A stretch of DNA of 64,000 nucleotides. Source: Asterias rubens. Lineage: Eukaryota. Each line of letters begins with the position of its first letter. Within the stretch, counting starts at the first letter, position 1. The notes beneath the pieces were generated by a model. It did no database searches and was not told the origin of the DNA. It was given only the letters and a program-made list of their open reading frames with translations. Location: positions 11,036,001-11,100,000 of the forward strand of contig NC_047081.1 in the NCBI RefSeq assembly GCF_902459465.1. The letters run 5' to 3'. The position numbers were made by a program, and so were the translations under genes. Positions 51,916-62,191 of this stretch are shown here, piece after piece.

Positions 51916-53507
51916 GTTGTCTGACAGCTTGAGACGAGTAGTCCTGGTATAATAGGGTAGCGCAGCTGATGGGTATAGTAACACTGGGGGGTATACAGCA
52001 ATACTCTTAGCTGTACGATACAACAGCTGAAGGTGCAGCAATGGGTTCGACCTCGACACGTCACACTTGTTACAACGGTTCTAGCATAATTAAGGTAGCC
52101 CCACCCCCCCCCCCCCCAATATGCCCTGAGGGCAGGCTTGTTTGAGTGTGGTTCAATATTTAACAGACAATCATAGCATACAGTGCAAAATGCTAACAAA
52201 AACAGTTTTAGAAACTAATTTAGAAGTGTCACCTCTTTTTGCACTCAAAGCACTGTACTTTTTTTACCCACTTCTTAAAGTATGTGGGAGGTCCCAGTGC
52301 CCATTACTCTCCTTCCAAAAGGAAAAAATGTCCCTGTACCTCTAAGCAAAACAGACTATCTTGTTGAGCTCTCGAAATCGGTCTAATATCTCGAGGGCCT
52401 TTAAAAGAATTCAAAATTAGGCACTCTCGTTTTCTCCCTGTTTAGTGGGTGCACCCTTGGGCAACGCCCCGCCCCCCCCCCCCAATTGATGTAAGTGCCC
52501 CGCCCCAATTCGAAGGCTGGATTTTTGAGCTTGAATACCGTATTTGATCGAAAACGGCAACAAATTAGTGATCTTTGCTGAATCAATTCTCCGGTCCTTT
52601 TCATTTACCGTAATTTTCAGTAATTTCTGCATAGGCCTAATGAAATGTTGCACTCTCAGCATCGGTTTGTTTTGATTTGTAAATATAGTTATTTGTAAAG
52701 AAATCATCGTTTGTGGACAGTCAAGAAACTTCAATCAAGCAATCGATTTCAATCAGTCGATATGTCCACCAATCAATCAATCAAGCTGTGTGCTTTTATG
52801 CAACACTGCATCTATGAAGTTCCGTTAATTTCCAAGTCACTCCGTTCCGATTAACATACTGTTCTCAACAACATTGTTCGTTGCCCAATTAATTATTTGT
52901 TTTGTAAATTCTCTACATTTTGTGTATGATACCAAGATTGATAAAAAAGACAAAAGGAAAATCGACAAATCAATCCATCAACCGTAGTCTTCCAATCAAT
53001 TACTCAATTTGGTAAATGAATCTATACCAATAATTAATCACGAATCAATCTATTTATCCACCGACCCATCAATCAATATTTTATTCTCTATTCAATTAAC
53101 CAGTCACCGATCAAGTACTAAATCAATCGATAAACATACAAATCAGTTGAAAGATTTACAAAATTAAAATTAAAATGCATTCTTCTATGCAACATTCTTT
53201 CCTTAAATTAGAAGCAAAGAAATTGGAGAGAAAAAAGTCAGTGCACCACAAACAAAAATGAAATGATTTTGTTAAAATTATGTGCACAATCGCGGGAAAT
53301 CCTTTCAACTTTCTGGAAAAAAATGAACTAAAATACAATGTTCATATTTAGACATTTGAATATTATTTACATTTTTAAAGTATTTTGTTTCAGAATTCAG
53401 ATACAAGCATGCTATGATGAAACTTCAAAGTTAGTTTGCAAAATATTAAATTTTGGGATTTTCAGCGTATTTTTATGTTAACTTGGTTGATTTATGTTGT
53501 TTGTTAA

Positions 53508-54074
53508 AGTCACCTGGAAATATAAAAAAAATTCTTTCAAACATAAGAGTATAATGCTTACGAACAATAAAACAATTTTTTTAGTAATTGTTTGTCACGA
53601 TTTATATGTTTAAAAAATATATAAAGTTGTTTGGGGCTGACTCCGCCTACCCCTTTTGTGACGTCAATCGAGGCAGACTTTGCCTGCAATGCGTATAGTA
53701 AACCCACGTGCAAAGTACATGTACGTCCAAGTCGTGAGTTGGTACATTTCAAAAAGTGTTTTTCTGCGTTCAGCAGCAATACACCCGGTCGGCATTGCCG
53801 GAATTTTTTTTTTTTTTTGAAACGTACAAACTCACGATTTGGTCCGTACATGTACTTTGCAATTGTGTTTACTCTACGCATTACAGGCAAAGTGTGCCTC
53901 GATTGACGTCACGAACAGCGCACTTTCGGGTCGGGGTCTACTCTTACATTTGTAAATAACATAAGAACTGATTTTTTAAAACCTTAGTTAACTGTTTATT
54001 CACATTCCACTCATCAAAACACATATATTAGTGACAAAAGCTTTATTTTGAAAAAATACCACTTCCAGGTGACT
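53508..54074. mobile_element. TTAA-flanked non-autonomous DNA transposon
   Basis: TTAA|agtcacctggaa ... ttccaggtgact|TTAA; internal inverted gacgtcaatcgaggca / tgcctcgattgacgtc. Confidence 0.85.
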
Positions 54075-54394
54075 TTAAGCTTGACCTGGGATCGAGCATG
54101 ACATACCTGTAACAATCGGAGCCCATCCAACAGGTTGGAGTAACTTTAATACGTCTGCTCATCTATTAAAAGGTCATTGTTTTAAAATTACTTCTGCATA
54201 TTTTGAAGCTCCTGGTTAGTCCAGGATTATTTAACAATAGTGGTTTTCGACGCACTCGTTTGGCAAAAAGAAAACATTTATTTCGTAAGTGAAATATTTA
54301 TTTGTTGTTCTAAAACCGTCGTTTCCATTGAAAAACCTCACAGTCTATGGGGAACATTTGTAAGGGGTGCAAAAGACCAGAGTAAAGAACTTAA

Positions 54395-54778
54395 AGGAAC
54401 ATTACAGAATTTGTTTTTGCTGACAAAACAGTTGCTGCAGTGTAAGCACTTTATGTAAGCCACCATATAGCTCCATGCATAAACTGACAAACCTGTAGAA
54501 GTTTGAGATCGATCGGCCGTCTAGCTCACGAGAGAATAGTGAAAAACCGATTACATATTTTGCATTGCATCGATGCCAAATTAAAAATGAATAAAACGCT
54601 CACTGAGCGATAAACTCCAAACGCGAAGTTAGATTATTTATTTCTCATCAACTATGACATTTCAGACAGAAATTTTTCAAGGGATGTTTTCTACTGTCAT
54701 CATCATTAGACCGTGTAAGTTTTAAGTAAATCCGCGATCTTTACGAATTTTGTTCCTTACCAATTCTGTAACGTTCCT
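54395..54778. mobile_element. TTAA-flanked non-autonomous DNA transposon
   Basis: TTAA|aggaacattacagaatt ... aattctgtaacgttcct|gtaa. Confidence 0.7.
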
Positions 54779-55450
54779 GTAATATTATTAGCCCATGCCT
54801 GACTTAACTTCAACTTGCTTCCCCCTGCTAGTGGAATAACATGCTACAAAAACCACATGACTCACAGATTACAGAACTAGGTTTCATTCAGCTTAAACGC
54901 CACGTTATTTACATATTATACAAAAATTGAGGGAATTTTTTTAACTTTTTTACAGCGTTTTAGGTAGGACTTTTGAGGTGGCCAAGAATAGTTGAGGTGG
55001 CATTTTTGTTAAATCAGTTGATTTTCAACAGTAAATCTGAACGCCTTAAACAAACACTGGAAAGTAGGTTAGTATTTACAGTCTTAGCAAAAACCAGCCC
55101 ATCAAATTATGCAACCTTTATCCAGGCCTTCCAAAATTTTAAGATTAAGGATACATTTCAGTTTCAAGACTTATTGTCGGTTGGAGTGGAGCAAGAAACT
55201 TATTTTTGGCATCAGGCCTCGATTTCACAAAATACTGAGAATCTTCTTAAAGATGAGTTGTCATAATTGCCATAGTAATTTGTATAGTGACATCACAATT
55301 TACTTAGCAATGAAGACTTATACACAGTAAAGATCAATCTTAGCTCTTTGCGAAATCAATCCAAGGAAACCTTGAACATAATTAATTTCTTTGGAGCTTT
55401 CAAAGGGTGGAAAGTAGGGAAGATTTAAAGAAAGTTTTGTTAAAGTCTCC

Positions 55451-56965
55451 TCATTCAGTCATCTCCTCAAGCAACTGGCTGGCCTGAGCCGCTTCCTGTT
55501 CAACCGGTCTCCAAGATACTGGACGCTTTTTGTTCTTCTTCTCTCTGCGCATTGCTGCCCAAGCCCGCTTCCGCTCTGACCACTCCCCTTTCTTAATGAT
55601 CTGGCGTTTTTCTGACATCAAGCTGACAATCTTGTCCTGCAGATCTCCAATGTGCAAGTCGAGCTGCTCAGCTCGTTCGTGCCATTCCGATATCACAAGC
55701 TTCGTCTTCTCGCTTGTGATGAGGGCCACCTGTTCCTTCAAAGTATTCACCGTGATGTCAATTTCTGCCATGCGGTTTTCCCGCACCTTCTTTGTTTGAT
55801 GCTTCTCTCTTTTGAAACCACCTGGCTGGAACAACTTGCTTCTTGTTTGGTTACAGCGAGTGTACTTGTAGCCGCTGTAGTACAGCCTCTTCTGAGCTTC
55901 AGTGTAGAGCTCGCCTCTTTTATCTAACAGGTGGGGCTTCTCCAAAGCAACCCTGAATGCCATCTCGTTCATTTTAGTATGGTAGCTTGTTAGGTTCATA
56001 TTCCCGTTCCGACCGAATATCCTGGAGACCTTTTTCAGTTCTGCCAAATCAACTCCTGCCTCGTTTAAGTCTTCCAGGGGATTGTCCTCCACCAGGGTTC
56101 CCCGTTCAAGCAATACAAACTCCTGGTTGACAGCTTCATGGGTTGGAGAGGAAGCGGAAGTCAGCTCACGCCTCTCATCTTCGATCATGGTGTCCACAAG
56201 GGCTTCCAAATTAGCAACGACCTGGGAGGAGTCATCCGCCCTGTCATTTACCTGTTCGCTGGAACTTTGCTCTGGTGGTTGAGACCCTGGTTGGTCATCC
56301 TGTTGTGTCTCAGATGGACCAGCCTCATCGCAAGTTTGTGCACTTTGCGACTGCTCATTTGAAGTATTCTCTCTCACCACGACCACCTCAACTGCATGGA
56401 CTACTTTCGGTGTTTTGGCCACCCTTTTTGTTGAGTACTTGTAGCCGCTCTGAGTCAGTGCTTCACGGGACAATTTCAGCAGCTTTCCCTTGTCTTGAAG
56501 AAGCTCTGGATGTTCCAAAGCAATCTTGTGGGCCCACTCGTTGACTCCCTTGTGGTATTTGGAGACATTTTTCTTGAAGATTTGCGACGCAAGTTTCACT
56601 TCTTGGTTGGTCATACAAGTGCGCTTGTTGAAGAGTGAGGGATCGGCTCTCAACCTTCCGATCACTGTTGGAGATATGTCGTTGGGAGATGTTATCTCCG
56701 ACTTAATTGCTCTCTGTGGACTTCTGTAATGGAATTCATACTTTTCTTTGGCTACAACCTTGTGACCTTTGTCCACATCGACAAACTCCTCAAAGTCGTT
56801 AGAGTAGACCATGAAGCGGTCCAGGGTGGCATTGCCAACAGGGTACAACTTCTTGGCTTGTTCTTGGATGTCTTTGACATTCTTGACCTTCACTGCCTTC
56901 TTCAGCTTGTTTTGGTCATCGAGAAAGATGGAAACGAGAATCAAATGCTTTGCCATCTTTTGCAT
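55451..56965 (-). CDS. Uncharacterised 504-aa protein: ubiquitin/PB1-like N-terminus, two NAB NCD2-like repeats, coiled coil, basic tail
   Basis: Long uninterrupted ORF with a splice acceptor (ttatcacag|g) 7 nt before the ATG. It is clearly paralogous to 60147-61556, with conserved blocks and divergent linkers, which indicates purifying selection. Confidence 0.85.
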   Translation of the reverse strand: MQKMAKHLILVSIFLDDQNKLKKAVKVKNVKDIQEQAKKLYPVGNATLDRFMVYSNDFEEFVDVDKGHKVVAKEKYEFHYRSPQRAIKSEITSPNDISPTVIGRLRADPSLFNKRTCMTNQEVKLASQIFKKNVSKYHKGVNEWAHKIALEHPELLQDKGKLLKLSREALTQSGYKYSTKRVAKTPKVVHAVEVVVVRENTSNEQSQSAQTCDEAGPSETQQDDQPGSQPPEQSSSEQVNDRADDSSQVVANLEALVDTMIEDERRELTSASSPTHEAVNQEFVLLERGTLVEDNPLEDLNEAGVDLAELKKVSRIFGRNGNMNLTSYHTKMNEMAFRVALEKPHLLDKRGELYTEAQKRLYYSGYKYTRCNQTRSKLFQPGGFKREKHQTKKVRENRMAEIDITVNTLKEQVALITSEKTKLVISEWHERAEQLDLHIGDLQDKIVSLMSEKRQIIKKGEWSERKRAWAAMRREKKNKKRPVSWRPVEQEAAQASQLLEEMTE

Positions 56966-57093
56966 GTAATTCCTGTGATAAACAAATAATTATAAAATTA
57001 ATGGGGGGGTTTTTGGTCAAAGGACGAAACTATTCAAACATGGAGGAAGGCAGACACTGACACAGCAATCAGTGACCCCCCTCCCCCCCCCCC

Positions 57094-57126
<33 letters not shown>

Positions 57127-58080
57127 CAATTATCCAGAACAAAATGGATACACCAATTGATGGCCATCATGCATGCCATCAATTGATGTCTTTACTCAAT
57201 TAAGTTTCAAAATTAATACTTCATAAAAACTTGAATTGTTCATAACGTGGCATAGCTTATATAACAAAATGTGGATTATATAAGCCTTTCTTGCATCGCA
57301 TTAATATAATGGCAGAAAAAATACCGAAGTTGCAAAGTCTTTTTTATTTACTAACAATTTTAACACTAACATTCAATAAAACAACAAGTGTTCAATTGCA
57401 ATAAAAAAAATCTCCTTTTGGCTTAAACTTTACAGCATGAAATTCAGTGCTGCAGCTGTTGTATAAAACTGAACCACTAACACAGTGGACTGGAGACGAG
57501 TCGAGTACCGTCAAAAAATACAGTGGTACACTGGTGGTAGTGCAGTCAATTTCATAAAAATTGTGGCGATCCAAAATTGTCATAAAAAAGTGTTGTGAAT
57601 GTGATAACAAATTAAGTTGACAATGAAAATGTATATTTCCCCTACTTTTAATCAAAAAAGAAAATTGCTGAAGCTTTTGACAAGTTTCTCTTCCTGTCGA
57701 CAACCATGGTCCAGAAAAGTTTTTAATAATTATTTATAATAAATAAACCAACACATCTATTAATTTCAAACATGCTGTAATTTGTAAAATGTAATTCAAA
57801 TATTAATGAGTCAAACATGTCCGGAGCTGGATCTGCAAGCAATCTTCAAATGTCTTAAATCTTATCTTGAAATCGGTCATAAATTTGGCTTTTTAAAAAC
57901 TTATATCATTTGTTCGTTGATTGAGTAGAAAACCGTGATAAACTTCTTCTCGCATGGATCAAAGAACAACTCAACACTAAAACTTTATTACTCAAAAGGC
58001 CGCATTTGAACCAAAACGTACGACATTTGTTTCCATGTGTTGTGATTGACGCACCTTTGCCCCGTCTTTGCTATAGCATG

Positions 58081-58320
58081 ACCGTCATTGGGTCACATTT
58101 TGCGTCATTTTATGGACGCCATCTTTCCAAAGAAAAAATACAGGTTTAGAATGAAGAAAACGAGATAGAAAACGAACAGAAAGTATCTATGCCTCGCCGC
58201 ATTTACCTACCTGTAATACACACTCTTAACAGAAAAGCCTTTTCGTCAAATAAGTGCCTCAAAAAACGTTAAATTGCGAGAAAACCAAAACCTTTTCAAA
58301 CGTCATTGGGACTCAAAGCA
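58081..58320 (-). promoter_or_regulatory. Putative promoter / first non-coding exon of the 504-aa gene
   Basis: Minus-strand CCAAT boxes (~58305, ~58088), a YY1-type AAGATGGCG (58117-58125) and a donor-like tacag|gtaggt at 58211/58210. The paralog has a similar tacag|gtaaat at 62495/62494. Confidence 0.3.
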
Positions 58321-60146
58321 TGGTACCTGACTTTCTGTGCGTTGATAATACATTTGAAGTCAGGGATGTAGACTAGTATTAATATCAGACGATAGAGGTC
58401 GCTATTTATCATTCACTGTATTTTTTAGGGGTTACGTGTAGGGGGAGGATGTACATGTTAATGTTTCTGTATAAAATAGTAATGCTGCATGGAGGAAGGA
58501 TGAAGTCAGGTTTGTTAGGGAAATGAACTTTGATCCTTTTTTTTTGGGGGGGGGGGGCACCCACAAACCTTCCCTATCCCTGCCATATTGGGTACGGTAT
58601 GATGTTAGAAGTTTTGAATCAAGCATTTTTTTTTAGATGGCCAGAGTTTGAAGCTTGGGTTATTAGTCTTGTGAACCTAATTAATAACTAGACAGTTCAA
58701 TTAGACATGGGTGCAGGGGATTTAGCTCTATAGTACAGGACAACAAAGCATTTCCAGAAAACCAAGCCCCCCCCCCCCCCTTAGTTGATTATCAAATAAT
58801 TTGTTTACATTATTTTTTAAAGTGAGGTCAGAGACTTGTAACTTGTCCCGACTTTCAAGACTTCATTATCTCTTGGGAACATGAGTGCACAAAATTCAAT
58901 TCATTCTTGATGAATTAGAATCTCAATGATAATTTATAAAATAAGGACTTTCTTCTAAGACGAAGTTAGAGAATTTAAATTTCTTCCCCATTTTCATAAG
59001 GACTTTATCTATTGGAACTCCCCCCGCCCCCCCCCCCCCAAAAAAAAAAAGCCCTTACCCCTCCCTGACAAAAGGAAGAAAAAAATCACACATTAGACAA
59101 GAATCATGACAAGGAAACTACATGTACTTTAGAATCTTTAAATGTATTTCTACATTCTAAAACGTCAAACAGTCAACTCTGATCTGGTCTGTGCATTGCT
59201 TTCTTTTGACAAAATCTACAAAGTTTTCACCTACGAAATGTTTAACTTTGAAAGGCAAAGCATACCTTTGGTTTTTGAAAACGTTCAATTGTTGTGATCT
59301 TATATATAAATGCAAAATAATGTACAGTTAAACTAACATATAAAAAATCATTTCAAAGGATGGTCGCGGAGAAAATTAGGTAGAAAGAAAATCTCTTTTA
59401 GGAATAACCAATCTGAGTGTGAGAAATGTTAGCGCGGTAGCGCTTCTTATAAATAATAGTGTCAGGCACAAAAAGTGCAAGACGAGGCCAAGTCTGGTGG
59501 TCTTGTTTTTTTCTCTTCAATTCAACATCTTTGTCTCAAAATAATGATGTTCAAATGTTGAGTTTGAGTCTCACAAATATCTTTCAATCCTGCTGAGTAC
59601 TGCCTTAAAACAGAAAACATCAATCTTATCTTGTTCAAATAAAACAGTGACGATAATAAAACTGTTTTATCATTTTGATTCTATTCTCTTCTAATTTTGA
59701 TTTCGGTCTTGTAAATAAGATCACGATCCAGTAAAGATTCTGAGTTACAAGTCCTGTGGTCTTGTGGATTTGGATTCCCCTTTGAGAAGTTCAAGCCCTA
59801 AATAAATTTAATTTGTATGCATATTTAATTGTATACTTTCTTTTTACAGGGATAAAGAAAATTACTTTGGTTTCATCACCCTTACACATAATTATTATGT
59901 GTACGTGTATTTGATAAGCAATTACTCATTACTTTCCCCGAGTTCTGTGAACAAAAATCACCGGCATATTACTCGGTTGGGATTCATTCAAAATTCTTAT
60001 CTTATTAGTAACGTTGATATCAAAATGTTGCTCTTGTTTTAGTGAACGTACTGAGGCACTGATGTGACAAAGGGTCTAGAGAATTATGAGTCTCAGGTGG
60101 TCAAGAAACTTCATCGCTCACACAATGTCATGTAAAACCCAAGATG

Positions 60147-61556
60147 TCAGGTTTCCGATAGGGTTTCCGAGTCACCTTGTTCTGCAGCAATGCTCCTCGG
60201 GCGCTTCCATTTCTCCCTGTACTGGAGTTCCCAAGCCCACCTCCGTTTCATCGCTTCACCTTTCTTGGTATGACCGCGTTTTTCCCCCTCCAAAACGACA
60301 ATCTTTTCCTGCAGCTCGTCGATCTGCTTGTTGAACTGCTCCGCTCGGTCCTGCCACTCGACCTTTGACCTCTCAGCGGTGATGAGTGCCACCTGCTCTT
60401 TCAGAATGGTCACCTTAACTTCGATATCTGCGATGCGATTCGCTCGCTCTTTCTTTGACATTGTCTTGTTATCCTTCTCGATGCCGCCACCCGGTAGGAA
60501 CAACTTGCTTCTTGTTTGGTTAGATCGGGTGTACCTGTAGCCGCTGTAGTACAGCCTCTTCTGAGCCTCTCGAAAGAGCTTGCCTCTTTCACCCAACAAG
60601 CTCGGATCCTCCAAGGCGGCCTTGAATGCCATCTCGTTCATTGCAAGTTGGTAGCTGGTCATTTGAAAACTCTTCTCCCGTCCGAATACCATGGTGGCCT
60701 TTCTCAGTGCTGCCATATCGGCACTTTCCATAATCGGGTCTGCCTGGGGATAGCATTGCTGGGTAACACTTCTTTGGATTGGAGGAGAGATCAAGGTAGC
60801 ACTTAACTTGCGTCTCTCATCTGCGACCAGTGTGTTCACGACGGCTTCTTCCGTTTTGGAAGAGTCAACACTCTGATCATTAGTCAAGTCACTTAGATTT
60901 TCCTGCGGTGTTTCTGACCCTTCTTGGTCGTTTACAGGTTGAGCCTCCGATTCCTCTGTCAGATAATAAGTTTGTAAACAGTACGAGTGCTCGCTTAGAG
61001 TATTATCTCTTGGAATCATTTCAACTTTTATATTTGCTTTTGTCTTGCTTCTTCTTGCATATTTATAACCACTCAGAGCAAGTGCCTCATTTGCCAACTT
61101 TATCAGCTTGTCCCTGTTCTTAAGAACCTGTGGATGTTCAACAGCAATGTTGCTGGCAAACTTGTTGATGCCTCTGCGGTACTTTGTGAGATTTTTCTTG
61201 TAGATTTGTGCTGCTTCCATTATTTCTTGCTTGGTCATACTCTCAACTGGTTTGGGAGGAGCGCTACTACTACCTGGTGCACCCTCAAGTTCAGGCGCTG
61301 ATGATTTTTTGTTTAGACTTTTAAAATGGAGTTGATACTTTTCCTTGGCCTCTACTCTGTGGCTGTTGTCTACGTCAACATACTCTTCAAAGTCCTTACA
61401 GTAGACCATGAAGCGCTCTAAGTAGGCTCCTCCAACAGGGTACATGGTCCTCGCTTGGTCTTGGATTTCTCTGACATTTTTGACGCTTGTCTTTTTCTTC
61501 AGCTTGTTTTCATCATCCATAAAGATGGAAACGAGAATCAGATGTTTTGCCATCAT
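60147..61556 (-). CDS. Uncharacterised ~469-aa paralog with the same architecture plus an EHSY HCF-1-binding-type motif
   Basis: Uninterrupted ORF with acceptor ctttcctttctgcag|g at 61564/61563, in the same phase as its paralog. The first true ATG is at 61556 (the ORF track starts at a TTG at 61559). Confidence 0.85.
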   Translation of the reverse strand: MMAKHLILVSIFMDDENKLKKKTSVKNVREIQDQARTMYPVGGAYLERFMVYCKDFEEYVDVDNSHRVEAKEKYQLHFKSLNKKSSAPELEGAPGSSSAPPKPVESMTKQEIMEAAQIYKKNLTKYRRGINKFASNIAVEHPQVLKNRDKLIKLANEALALSGYKYARRSKTKANIKVEMIPRDNTLSEHSYCLQTYYLTEESEAQPVNDQEGSETPQENLSDLTNDQSVDSSKTEEAVVNTLVADERRKLSATLISPPIQRSVTQQCYPQADPIMESADMAALRKATMVFGREKSFQMTSYQLAMNEMAFKAALEDPSLLGERGKLFREAQKRLYYSGYRYTRSNQTRSKLFLPGGGIEKDNKTMSKKERANRIADIEVKVTILKEQVALITAERSKVEWQDRAEQFNKQIDELQEKIVVLEGEKRGHTKKGEAMKRRWAWELQYREKWKRPRSIAAEQGDSETLSET

Positions 61557-62060
61557 CAAACACCTGCAGAAAGGAAAGCGAGAGAAATAAATTTGAAACC
61601 AAAAGCCGTTGTTTTATTATTGCACGTATCAGTTGCAGCCAGTAAAAGAAAACTAACATCACGACTGAGAACGAATGGTTGGACTTTTGTACAAGAACTC
61701 AGTTATTCAATTTCAAAACCTTTATTAATTCATATTAATTATTTCAAACTATTAAAATATTGTCAGTGTACAGAACTGGAATGGAACAAAAGTACATTGG
61801 CTAAGCAAACAAAGTTCCTGTGGGTGGCCTGATTTAAAAGTCCTGTATATTTCTACTATTTATTACTAAGTACCAAAATCCAAAACATGTCATTCGATTT
61901 TCACTTGTTTTACTGGCTTCCTTTAATTTATAATTATGATTATTTGACATGTTTGTTGAAGTTGAACGTCTTTTCATGTAAATTTTGGCAGGATCAAAAT
62001 ATAAGTTCAAATCAAAGTGTCGAATGTAATAATAAATAATATAATAATATTAAAAATACT

Positions 62061-62191
62061 GGAAAAGTTTCCGTATGGCGCCACCACTTTTTCATTCGAT
62101 ATTAAATAATATAGTATCAATGTCCAATAATGAGATATCCCTTTTTGTAAAAATGAGTGAAAAGGTGGTGGCGCCATACGGAAAGTTATCC
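62061..62191. mobile_element. 131-bp MITE with a perfect 8-bp TSD (aaaatact)
   Basis: aaaatact|ggaaaagtttccgtatggcgccacc...ggtggcgccatacggaaagttatcc|aaaatact. Confidence 0.92.

Larger units (their letters stand above)
45708..53148 (+). repeat. Tandem segmental duplication, copy B (~7.4 kb; extra segments at 50122-50857 and 51288-51756)
   Basis: Colinear with copy A apart from indels. Confidence 0.95.

Noticed and set aside
55530-61123. Multiple plus-strand ORFs opposite the two uncharacterised genes
   Set aside because: Antisense shadows of long coding ORFs.
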